Source: a virus (Duplodnaviria > Caudoviricetes). Taken from it: a stretch of DNA of 64,000 bases. The stretch is taken from positions 1 through 64,000 of the IMG/VR virus record IMGVR_UViG_3300031760_000028; one strand, 5' to 3'. The notes beneath the pieces were generated by a model that saw nothing but the letters and a program-made list of their open reading frames with translations, was not told the DNA's origin and searched no databases. A program made the translations under genes and the position numbers. Below, piece after piece: positions 54,101 through 61,627 of the stretch (within the stretch, counting starts at the first letter, position 1; the number at the start of each line of letters is the position of its first letter).

Positions 54101-56457
54101 TCAAGTGCTTGGCTTGCGCCATTAATCGCCTCTGTATAAGCTTCTTCTGCCGCTTTACCATCTTGCAGTAATTTAATAAATTTTTGTAATTGCTCATCAG
54201 TTAAATTTAAGCTATTTTGAAATTCATTAATACCTTTCAAATCATCTTTTGTAAAGTCTTTTTTAGTTCCTTCACTAATCTCTTGAACTTTCTTGTTAAT
54301 TTTTTCTAATGCTGTTTGAGCTTTATTAAAAGATTTATCATCTATTAATTTTAAGTCTTTTAATTTTTGAAGTTTTGGCATCATTCCAGTCAAAGACTCC
54401 ATTTGCTCTTGTATAGATTGTAAAGCGTCTGTCTTGCTTTTACTGTTTTGTTTTGCGGCATTGTAAGTATTAACATTTTTAATTAATTCTGTAAATGCTC
54501 CATTTATATTATTAAGAACTTTTTGGTCTTGCGCAAGACCATCTTGCAAAGTTTTATTCTGGGTATTACCGGGAGTCATATAAGTGCTCGCGCCTACTTT
54601 TATAGCGTCTTGCTCGTGCTGACTACCAACTAATTTAATATACTCTTCAAGCTCTTGTTTAGTTTTTCTGATTTCTTCTCGCTTATCCGCCCATTCGCCA
54701 GCTTCACGAATTATATTTTGACCTTTATTAAATTGCGTTTCTGTCATTAAATCTTTGTATTGCAGAAACTCTTTATTTAATTTTGTCATTGTTTCTGCGG
54801 CTGCGGTTCCAATCTCTCCAGATGCAGCTTGCGCATTTATATTATTAGTAATTTGATCTAACACTTGCTCATTCGCTTTAACAGCTTCCATATTTTGAAG
54901 TAAAGGTGTAAATATACCTTGAGAAAGCTGTTTGCTAAATACAGATGTTAGTGTTCCAGCCAGTCCTAATAAAGCAGTTTTGCCACCGCCAATTAAATCA
55001 ATGAACTTTGTTATTTTATCTAATAATTCAGTAAATTTATCTATTACCCCATTAATGGAGTCTGTATCTAAAACTGAATCATATAAGTCCTCCCACTGTG
55101 TCTTTAAGGTCTTTAAATGAGCGCCAACAGACTCTAAATAAACATTCTGTTGCTGTTGTAATGTTCCTTCCGCATTTTGAGACATCTCAAGAGAACTATT
55201 ATACATATCCCAGTTATCAAATAATGCAAGTAAATTATTATATTGGCGCTTTCCGGCAATGGCTTGGGCAATCGCGCTTTGTTGTGCTTTAGTCCAACCT
55301 TCCCACTTATTACCAACTTCCTCGATTACTTCTCCAAGATCTCTTAAATTGCCTGATGCATCTAAAACATGGACTCCAATAGAATCAAGAGTAGAGGATA
55401 CATCGCCTAATTTTATACCTTCTTCATCTTCTCCGCCAATCTTTAAATCTTCCATACGGGCGTAGATCGTCTTTAATGCGGTACCTGCTGATTCAGGCGC
55501 TTGTCGAGTAACAGATACAATAGTCGCTAACTGCGCATTTAATTGGTCTATGTCTACACCCATATTATTTGCGGCTGAAGCAACTTTAGACATACCTACA
55601 GATAATTCTTCGAGGTCTGCGGCGGTTCCTGCAGCAACGGCAGCTAATTTATCAACATACTTTTCAGTTTCTTCTGCGGTTACTTTATAACCATTCCAAA
55701 CTGCTGTGAGCTGTTCTGAAACTTGCGCACCTGTTTGCCCGGTAACATTGGCTGCTTTAAGAGTTGTCTCAGCTCTGGCTTTAACTTCTTCATCACCTAA
55801 ACCTTGCTGATAATAAATCAAGGAAGCTTCTGTGTAAGCAGTTGTAGACTGACCTAGATCTTTAGCGGCTTGGTTTGCAGATCTTGCAAAGCGGTCCATC
55901 TCTTCTGCTGATTTGCCAGTTACAATACGAATATCATTTAATGAAGTGTCTAAATGTTGAACATACCCAAAAGCCTGCTGAAACACGCCTACAAAATTAT
56001 TAATGAGCGATGAAGAGACTGACCATTTTAAACTGTTAACTAAAGTCTGCCCCATCTTATCTAATATATTAGATGTTTGTTTTAAGTTAACATTTGCAGT
56101 TAATGCAGCTTTAGATATATTTAAAAGAGCTTGTTGTCCTTGTGGACCAATAGCATTTAATCGCTGTTGAACCTCTTGAAAACTAATGCTCTTTAATGAC
56201 TCTTGAAGCTTTTGTAGATTAAGCACACCGGTAGTAGTGTCAAAACTTTTGTCTAAAGCAGGTCCGAGTTCTTCGGCGGCCTTCTGCACTTTTTTCATCG
56301 CGGAAAGCGCTTGCGCCATGCTTAAACTAGGGTTATCTATTTTAATTTGTGTCGCTGATAACTTACTAATATCAGTTAATTGCTTTTTTAAATCAGTTAA
56401 TCCTGTCGGATCTACATTATACCGAATTGTATAATCTATATTGCCTCCATTTAACAT
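48157..56457 (-). CDS. Tape measure protein (2766 aa)
   Basis: TP901-like core (LDTSLNDIRIVTG, EASLIYYQQG, KLAAVAAGTAADLEEL, GTALKTIYAR); long Ala/Leu helical and coiled-coil repeats; C-terminal FDTGGYTG..LHEKELILN. Confidence 0.92.
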   Translation of the reverse strand: MLNGGNIDYTIRYNVDPTGLTDLKKQLTDISKLSATQIKIDNPSLSMAQALSAMKKVQKAAEELGPALDKSFDTTTGVLNLQKLQESLKSISFQEVQQRLNAIGPQGQQALLNISKAALTANVNLKQTSNILDKMGQTLVNSLKWSVSSSLINNFVGVFQQAFGYVQHLDTSLNDIRIVTGKSAEEMDRFARSANQAAKDLGQSTTAYTEASLIYYQQGLGDEEVKARAETTLKAANVTGQTGAQVSEQLTAVWNGYKVTAEETEKYVDKLAAVAAGTAADLEELSVGMSKVASAANNMGVDIDQLNAQLATIVSVTRQAPESAGTALKTIYARMEDLKIGGEDEEGIKLGDVSSTLDSIGVHVLDASGNLRDLGEVIEEVGNKWEGWTKAQQSAIAQAIAGKRQYNNLLALFDNWDMYNSSLEMSQNAEGTLQQQQNVYLESVGAHLKTLKTQWEDLYDSVLDTDSINGVIDKFTELLDKITKFIDLIGGGKTALLGLAGTLTSVFSKQLSQGIFTPLLQNMEAVKANEQVLDQITNNINAQAASGEIGTAAAETMTKLNKEFLQYKDLMTETQFNKGQNIIREAGEWADKREEIRKTKQELEEYIKLVGSQHEQDAIKVGASTYMTPGNTQNKTLQDGLAQDQKVLNNINGAFTELIKNVNTYNAAKQNSKSKTDALQSIQEQMESLTGMMPKLQKLKDLKLIDDKSFNKAQTALEKINKKVQEISEGTKKDFTKDDLKGINEFQNSLNLTDEQLQKFIKLLQDGKAAEEAYTEAINGASQALELDALATERKVQAATQLIGQLSQLAFVISSASEIGSIIADEDLDGLEKAQKIASSLVFTLPMLISAAKGLVTTIGILTGVETKDLTVTQIWKAVTDKLTISNLSLKGAITAVTGGLKTFLTTLGPIGWAIAGITAAVTVATAAYKSYKQSLENAAEANKSLAESQKEKLDSSKQEQQEIDNLAKAYADLKAQREADNQFSKAQQSQIYELVRAYGDQDLIIKALSGDYDNLEESIKRAQAAANEDVLRQSQETEGSYKLALKSSIKSQAKMTEDDGEHYDLSGFGLFNNNKDFREEVRQILHSDKEVIDEWGHITYDNLEKLLTTDSTVLEALLSKYENLKAVTQIRKIISDNQDIIQETKTAGKATHEATLTDIGYKHQEDIEGITNLPSYETVLNTLAEEATAAGEEDGRAWAKNFLAGYSEEFETFDQKDTIAQAMKDIIDSISEDGKQVNVDSILERLNNVDDSDLSYIAAHIDLFGHLIKDGTDLQTILDEVNNSLEIAEAKDHVANIDIVLNGDINTKNKDVKEALNNLFTDDTIDIGVSPERFSTMSKSDQYYALVQSKQQEIAKIQSLSQAELAEIEQNNIQLDKAIGETNTRVEELAASKERLEYLTQVEEQNVQGQLQMQGVDTSNLDISEVTQEYGEAMSQLRDILNESEGDIAVVMEKYDEVFDQFKNKDVLKTLFEGFNGTYDELASYIQNFSSSIPELKKVSNELQVAEQHQSELQQEQKDAISTTVNYLQQIADLKTSIGLLNSDLDTLQSSYQTLQGIVEEYNSTGTISLDNLQQLLTMDDSYIASLQLQNGQMSLNEETMQQLAQAKLQQARIEATELYMNELSAIAMGENVTAAQNMYNAEHQYTIAGINDVIEACGRGINALNGLALAKDAALKNSAATKEVTQAYYNRMQLINSVAAQPTSKLLGKNEKAKSSASKKATEPKTEKHLEREEDILKSINEELNQIESTLSRIQTINDHEWGLDAQKTLEEENKLLDTQLQKLEQKKRLQEADLATRRKQLEYEGVVFSDDGSSMTNAEGQLNALYAHYNEMVDTYNALSAAEQETYKDQLDAEKDRINKIENKINDYESKFSDYQSTLDSLLDAHYAEIENEIKLFNNMVDVHLELDDAEKEWNDFWYDVVQDVQDTDFGGQIAKSLGKLNTLIGDNVNSEVAVLTNHLADTVQEVQAQIASANRGGEDSLFGDDSAASKQNLENYRNKLMDALKSAKQEVKSISTTYLKMLEDAQTKINKQVAGWNQIGDQIEHDIALIKLVSGEKSFEPLERFLDQQYKNDLNLINTQRQSQDFWKDEIAKYTELLKVTDKNTVQWQTYSDSLEKASENYAKAVSDLDKTVEGSLKHLEEWRKNQIASIEDVLDKAMSDGFGLDTVEEEWKLINDYSDKYLDNVERAIEMESYTDTLNEAAKAVGLTAANQEKLNRFRDEELKKLNEKEKLTSYDIEESKARLEILKQQIAIEDAQKNKSNMRLRRDSQGNYSYQYTGDEQAIEQAEQGGLTAKKAWYELVKKRYKETSDWIIDLQKKQSTLLQEIDEAEKNGESERAQVLKELYQRNQEEIVAAFGEAEKNKQDLYQGTAQFFAQVDNAAILPTAQTTVRQLVDTWVGGGSQDGFITSVTKAINELESTQEQYAERTSVILTEAGVNYEHLKDNGVDPVKDSLEDLVGTNEELSATLDNINDQLREQEYNLKAIETEYYNLERAAVSAIQSANNAMQVLANTTINTLQQIRAAVSAADSASRITPSIASKNKTPASPSNTGTGGDAAGPVLFTSHPKFVVQTSPYGAGGYGIYIDNKLQVMTRSVDETVEWLKKRDFTREDGNWSINKSIPKFDTGGYTGDWGASGKIGILHEKELILNKNDTSNILKAVAALRQMVGSSTINTSGIEDALIKSGGAQSQALMQISSGIAQTLASMVTNDNNTISRSMTINADFSGVRSADAIYQALLELQNYGLQQDYSVINNNYAPH

Positions 56458-56482
56458 ATCCTTGTACCTCCTTTATAAAATT

Positions 56483-56517
56483 AAAAACGCTCTTATTATA
56501 TATAATAATAAGAGCGT
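56483..56517 (-). terminator. Hairpin with U-tract whose loop is the class II -10 element
   Basis: ACGCTCTTATTA (56487-56498) / TAATAAGAGCGT (56506-56517), loop TATATAA; minus-strand T-run follows. Confidence 0.75.
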
Positions 56518-56538
56518 CTTATTTAAAGTGTTTTGTCC
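56499..56538 (-). promoter_or_regulatory. Putative class II promoter of tape measure gene
   Basis: Minus strand GGAC (56538), TTAA at +12, ATATA at +35. Confidence 0.62.
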
Positions 56539-56561
56539 ACCAATCTTTTATTTTATAACTT

Positions 56562-57083
56562 CTACTTGTCCTTTTGTGAATTACTTAAAGAATCCACCGC
56601 ATTATTAATTATTGTTTTAAAATCTTCTTCATTTAAATATTTTACAGCATCTTCTATTTTCTCGATTAAATTATTAAAAGTATAGGCAAATGATGTTCTT
56701 ACTTTAATATTCAAATCTAATTGCTTTTCCACAAAATTCATTAATTCCGTGAATTCTGCTTCTGGAATATGAGAAGTAACTGCACCTATAATACCATTAC
56801 TATTTAAAATATCGAATAACTGCATTGGATTTGCTTTTTCTTCATCTGTAAATTCAAGATTTGTATAAAAATATACTATATATAAATATACATAAGCATC
56901 TAAACGCAATGTATTATAAATATTACTATCTGCCGCCTGCTGTAAAGCTATTTGCACTAAAGATATTTTATCTTCAATAGGTAAATACTTTTTAATGGTA
57001 ATTGCTTTTCCTCCCGGAAGAGTAATAGATGTAACTGTCTTATCAATAGTAAGATTTAATGAACTAAAAGTAATATTATCCAT
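56562..57083 (-). CDS. Hypothetical protein upstream of tape measure (possible tail assembly chaperone)
   Basis: Position between tail tube region and TMP; AAGGAG RBS; own sigmaA promoter. Confidence 0.6.
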   Translation of the reverse strand: MDNITFSSLNLTIDKTVTSITLPGGKAITIKKYLPIEDKISLVQIALQQAADSNIYNTLRLDAYVYLYIVYFYTNLEFTDEEKANPMQLFDILNSNGIIGAVTSHIPEAEFTELMNFVEKQLDLNIKVRTSFAYTFNNLIEKIEDAVKYLNEEDFKTIINNAVDSLSNSQKDK

Positions 57084-57121
57084 TGATTATTTTTCTCCTT
57101 TTTTCTTTTCTTCTTTTTTAT

Positions 57122-57150
57122 ATTATAACAAAAATTTTTTTAATTGTCAA
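57122..57150 (-). promoter_or_regulatory. sigmaA-type promoter inside the tail module
   Basis: Minus strand TTGACA (57150-57145)-17-TATAAT (57127-57122), extended TG. Confidence 0.85.
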
Positions 57151-57156
57151 GAAAGT

Positions 57157-58797
57157 CTAATTATTTTTCATGTAGGCAAAAGGATTAATATGACCTTCAA
57201 TAGAAGCAGAATTGATAGCATTATTTAATTCTTCTACTCGGCGGTTATGGTTATAAAAAGCATTTCCTTTGTTTAAATCATTCCACCATCCATTTCTTCC
57301 CGGAATAGAAAAAACTACTCCAGAGTTGGCAGTCATTGAACTGGTTGTATTCAAAGCTTTATTACTCTCCAATATCTTTTTCACAATATCCCACATACTT
57401 ATAAGATTACCATTTACAAACATAAAAGTCGCAAAATCTTCAATGCCTCTTGCGCCGAATAAATATAAAGTAGCTCTAGTGAATAAAGCGTTTTGTAAAG
57501 CCTGTACTGCTGGAGTTAGGTCTTCCGCCTCTTGCCTCATTTCAGAAGGAGCTCCATTAGATGACCATGCCAAAGTATTGTATGCTAAATATTTTAATCT
57601 ATCTTTTGAAGATTCTGTACTTATCAATAGGTTAAAAGCCGTATTTAAAGGTAAACTACCACCAGTTACTAAGTTTCTAGGAGTAATATTATTTTTCTTT
57701 CCTAACTCTAAAGTTTTATATGCTTTATTTGATAGTCCAATATCTAAAGTAATTTCTCCATAATTCGCACCAAAAATTTGAGAAAGTGAAAGTTGTACAT
57801 TATTAAATTTAACATCCGCTTTACCTTGCTTTTTCGAACCTATTTTTTCTTTACCAGCTCTTGTATAACTACCTGACACGCCAGATGAAATTCTCTCAAC
57901 AGAAGTTTGACCAGTAGATTTAATATTTTCCACTGTATTTTTAACTGTTACTGCTGATGTTTCAACGGCCGCTTCAGTTATCATCATTGCTGCGGACTCT
58001 CCTAAAACTGTAGAGAAGAAATTTCTATCTATACTATCTTTTAAATATTGTATTGTAATTGGTCGAGGGTCTTTAGGATTTAATGTACCTGATGCATCTC
58101 CCGTTGTTAATTTTGCAGCAATTTTATGTAAAGCGTTAGCCGCTTGTTGAAGCTGTTGTCCTTTTAAGGTAGAGCCATCAAGATTTAGACTTTGAAGTTT
58201 TACAGATAATTCTTTTCCAATATTATACAAACTAAGATCGTTATTAGTCTTTTGTAATTTCCCATTTACTTTATAAATCCCCCCAGCAGACCTAATTGCT
58301 GCGGCCATTGCTGATTCTTCACACCCTTCTAAAACTTCTATTGCTTCAGCAATATTTGCTAGTAATGAATCAAAACCTTTCCACGGTTTTGCGTTAATAT
58401 CAAGTTGCTTTTTTAAAGAGTCTGCCGAAGACTCCCAATCAATATTTTTCTGTATTTCTATTAATTTTTGAGCCATTGCAGAATTTAATCCTTTTGAAAA
58501 ATGCTCTTGTAATACTTCATTTATTTTATCAATATTCCCATTATCTTTAAATAATTGTGAAACGGCTGCTCGGTCTTGACTAGAAACATTTTCTATAAAT
58601 AATTCTTTATACTGTGTCTCTAGAGCTTCTTTAGCGTCTCTTCGTAGACTGTTAAAATTATCCACTAATGTTTTTACTTTAACAGGCTTCCCGCCATTCT
58701 TTATTGCACCTATTTGTTTTTGATGCAAATGAATATAAAAACCACCATATTCTATATAATTCAAATTTTTATAGTAATCTGTTTGAATTTCACTCAA
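57157..58797 (-). CDS. Uncharacterised 546-aa protein with a PD-(D/E)xK-like motif
   Basis: TTG start with AAGGGG RBS; LGE...GKADV...IGLSNKAY arrangement resembles a restriction-endonuclease-like core. Confidence 0.65.
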   Translation of the reverse strand: MSEIQTDYYKNLNYIEYGGFYIHLHQKQIGAIKNGGKPVKVKTLVDNFNSLRRDAKEALETQYKELFIENVSSQDRAAVSQLFKDNGNIDKINEVLQEHFSKGLNSAMAQKLIEIQKNIDWESSADSLKKQLDINAKPWKGFDSLLANIAEAIEVLEGCEESAMAAAIRSAGGIYKVNGKLQKTNNDLSLYNIGKELSVKLQSLNLDGSTLKGQQLQQAANALHKIAAKLTTGDASGTLNPKDPRPITIQYLKDSIDRNFFSTVLGESAAMMITEAAVETSAVTVKNTVENIKSTGQTSVERISSGVSGSYTRAGKEKIGSKKQGKADVKFNNVQLSLSQIFGANYGEITLDIGLSNKAYKTLELGKKNNITPRNLVTGGSLPLNTAFNLLISTESSKDRLKYLAYNTLAWSSNGAPSEMRQEAEDLTPAVQALQNALFTRATLYLFGARGIEDFATFMFVNGNLISMWDIVKKILESNKALNTTSSMTANSGVVFSIPGRNGWWNDLNKGNAFYNHNRRVEELNNAINSASIEGHINPFAYMKNN

Positions 58798-58821
58798 AAA
58801 TAAACACCCCTTCTTATATAT

Positions 58822-58860
58822 AAAAAAAATGCGGAAAGTGCTTAAATAAGCACCCCCCGC
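58822..58860 (-). terminator. Intrinsic terminator after major tail protein
   Basis: Minus strand GCGGGGGGTGCTTA-TT-TAAGCACTTTCCGC followed by ATTTTTTTT. Confidence 0.8.
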
Positions 58861-58879
58861 ACCTTTATATTGTCAATTA

Positions 58880-60193
58880 TCAGCCTGCTGGCACAACAGT
58901 TACTGTATAAGTACCTGACTCATATCCTTCAGCACTGGCTGTAATTGTTACAGTTCCTACTGCGACACCTGAAACTGTACCATCAGATACAGTAGCCTTA
59001 GTAGTATCACTTGAACTCCATGTAATAGTAGCTCCATCAGGAATTGATGCTCCGGTTAATGTTAAGCTACCATCAACTTCGACAGTATTACTTGCGCCTG
59101 TTATAGTAATCTTAGCATTGCCCTTTGTAGTACCTGAGCCTGTACCAAATCCAATGTAATGGCTATCATCAATTTCTGTACTATCATGTTCAAGAACCTC
59201 GTTATGTGGCATTATAGGATTGATTATCTTATCAGCATTGGTCTGATCCTCAATTACCTGAATTACACAAAGAACCTCTTTTGACTTATCGAAATAAGTA
59301 TATCCTGGAAGAGCATCCATTGTAAAAGTAAATGTAGAAGGGTCTCCAGTACTAGAAAGAGAAAATGATAAATTAGACTGAATCTTAACATTTGGGAATG
59401 TTAAGTTAGCTGGCATATCAATACCATCTTTCTTACGTCTAAATAATGTATCAGCTTCAACATAATAGTTGCCAGCAAAGTTATCAGCAGCAATCTGAAG
59501 TTCATCAACAGCCTGAGCATTCTTATCAAGATAGTAGTCTACGAATACAGCAATCTGTTCTCCATCTGTAAGAGTCTTTGCTGAACCAGCCCAAGACTGC
59601 TTACCTATTACACTTGGCTTAGTAATTCTAATTGCCTGATATACACCGTCTCCACTAGCCGGTGTAAAAGTAGAACCAGATATTGTACCTATTTCAACCT
59701 TAGAGCCTTCAATCATTTCACCTGTAATATCACCTGAATCATCTGTAATAATTACAAAGATTGGAGAGTCATTTGTTGAACATAATGTCTCCTGTGCACC
59801 AAGCACTTCTGATAAATCAATAGTTGCAACCTGACTCGCGCCGGTGCCGCTAATTTTCATTGTAGCAGTGCTAGTTGTGTGGAAATGAACTTTTGAAATT
59901 GTTGAGCTGCCTTGGAATAAATCTGCTCCAGAAAGCATCGCAAGAGAAATTGGCGAAAGTAAAGCGTCTTCTACAGTGAAAGTAAGAGTTTTCTCACCTT
60001 CCCAAGAAATCAGACGAACGTTACCTCTACCACCTCGTGCATATACAGATGTAGTAGACTGCTCAACAGTTGAAGTTGTTGCTGAATCAATATAAAGAAC
60101 TGGTTGTCCAGCTTTGAACTTATATTTACCAATATTAGTAGGAGTCTTAGCTCTAAATACTATATTGGCACATTCTCTAACTCCAAATTTCAT
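58880..60193 (-). CDS. Major tail (tube) protein with C-terminal Ig-like (Big_2) domain
   Basis: MKFGVRECANIVF.., ARGGRGN..L.SWEGEK; C-terminal ITWSSSDTTKATVSDGTVSGVAVGTVTITA is a Big_2 signature; strong codon bias. Confidence 0.78.
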   Translation of the reverse strand: MKFGVRECANIVFRAKTPTNIGKYKFKAGQPVLYIDSATTSTVEQSTTSVYARGGRGNVRLISWEGEKTLTFTVEDALLSPISLAMLSGADLFQGSSTISKVHFHTTSTATMKISGTGASQVATIDLSEVLGAQETLCSTNDSPIFVIITDDSGDITGEMIEGSKVEIGTISGSTFTPASGDGVYQAIRITKPSVIGKQSWAGSAKTLTDGEQIAVFVDYYLDKNAQAVDELQIAADNFAGNYYVEADTLFRRKKDGIDMPANLTFPNVKIQSNLSFSLSSTGDPSTFTFTMDALPGYTYFDKSKEVLCVIQVIEDQTNADKIINPIMPHNEVLEHDSTEIDDSHYIGFGTGSGTTKGNAKITITGASNTVEVDGSLTLTGASIPDGATITWSSSDTTKATVSDGTVSGVAVGTVTITASAEGYESGTYTVTVVPAG

Positions 60194-60216
60194 ATTTGTT
60201 TTCCTCCTTTTTTATT

Positions 60217-61011
60217 TTAATCATCATCGTTGTTGTGATCACCAAAGACTGCGGTTGCCTGCCAATCTTTAGCATCCTTTATACCTGTTGCTCCAGCAAG
60301 TTTAGCTTGGATTGTATATTCAAAAGCTTGTTTTAAATTAAAGCGTTTGAACTCTTCAATTAATTGAAAAACTGAATAATTACTTAAAGTATTTTTATCT
60401 TTACCTTCTCCTACTGCAAGAATGTCTATATATCTACAAAAGATACTTTCCATCTCGCTGTATCTATTTCGCTCTTTCTCTATTTCTGCGAGTAACATCT
60501 TTCTTTTTTGGAGTTTCTCGGCTATGGCGCGAGCGCGTTCTCCGACCGGGTTATATTCATTGTCTGCCGCATTTGTAAATTCTGCCAAACAAAAGACGTC
60601 ATAGATAATTTGTCCAAATTTTTCAAAATTTGAATTGTCAAGAATATGAATAGCTTTATTACCATTATTTTCTTGTAAAATTATAGAATTAGTAAACATA
60701 ATATTATATTCAGGAAAAAGTAAATATAAGACTTGTTTAATTGCGTCTGATACTTGTTTTCCTTTATCAGTTTTTTCTTGAATAATTGTCATAAGTATAT
60801 CAAAATTAGAAGCTTGAGATGGGTTAATCTTGTCCTCAATATTTGAGTAATTTTTAGATAAAGCATTTGCGCCCATTAAAAAAGAAGATTCTGCCCCACT
60901 CATTTCAATTTCTTTTACTGAAGGTTGATAGATAGTAATTTGAGCTTCTGGGAAAGGAATTGGTGCTCTCGTATCAAGTAAACCTTGAGATACTACCGGC
61001 TGTCTTTGCAT
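60217..61011 (-). CDS. Hypothetical virion-module protein (264 aa)
   Basis: Operon position between neck genes and tail tube. Confidence 0.7.
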   Translation of the reverse strand: MQRQPVVSQGLLDTRAPIPFPEAQITIYQPSVKEIEMSGAESSFLMGANALSKNYSNIEDKINPSQASNFDILMTIIQEKTDKGKQVSDAIKQVLYLLFPEYNIMFTNSIILQENNGNKAIHILDNSNFEKFGQIIYDVFCLAEFTNAADNEYNPVGERARAIAEKLQKRKMLLAEIEKERNRYSEMESIFCRYIDILAVGEGKDKNTLSNYSVFQLIEEFKRFNLKQAFEYTIQAKLAGATGIKDAKDWQATAVFGDHNNDDD

Positions 61012-61601
61012 TATTTACTCGATAATTCTTCTAACTTAGCATCATCTTCTGTAAAATGCACCGCTGCATAAGACAAAGTATACCCCGCTAAATTAGAATT
61101 TAAAATTAATTCTTGACAACCTAAGAACATAAATTTCCCAACTCCAGATAACCTACTCATATTTAAAATACCATCTATATATCCAGCAATCATTAAAGGC
61201 CTAAGTCGAAAATCGTCCATCTGCCATTGTTTCGTGTTGCATATAATATCAAAAGTAACCATACAATCTCTGAACCGCTCATTTACTGGATTCGTAGTAA
61301 AATTATCAAAAGATAAGAGTAAATAGGATTGAACTTCTTCATGCTCTTTTAGTTCTAATCTAGGACTAAATCTAATATAAGTTTTATCATATAAATCATG
61401 AATAGAATATTGGTTTACAATATCGTCATACCTAGTAATATTAGAATCAAGACAATCAGGCGTATTAATAATCAATAGTCTCTTAAGCCAATTTCCATAT
61501 TTACCGCTTTCAATAAATAGTCTATTTAAAATTAACTCAGTATCTTGCGGACAAGATAAAAAAGAAGATTGTATAGGATCAATCCTAGCATTTCTTTGCA
61601 T
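61011..61601 (-). CDS. Putative tail terminator/completion protein
   Basis: Position; VTFDIICN..W....RPLMIAGYID..L pattern; function inferred. Confidence 0.5.
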   Translation of the reverse strand: MQRNARIDPIQSSFLSCPQDTELILNRLFIESGKYGNWLKRLLIINTPDCLDSNITRYDDIVNQYSIHDLYDKTYIRFSPRLELKEHEEVQSYLLLSFDNFTTNPVNERFRDCMVTFDIICNTKQWQMDDFRLRPLMIAGYIDGILNMSRLSGVGKFMFLGCQELILNSNLAGYTLSYAAVHFTEDDAKLEELSSK

Positions 61602-61627
61602 TATTTATTCTCCTTTTATCTCTTCCT

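Noticed and set aside
58868-58878. TTGACA just downstream of the tail tube gene as a sigmaA promoter
   Set aside because: No -10 box at 16-18 bp; it runs straight into the terminator stem.
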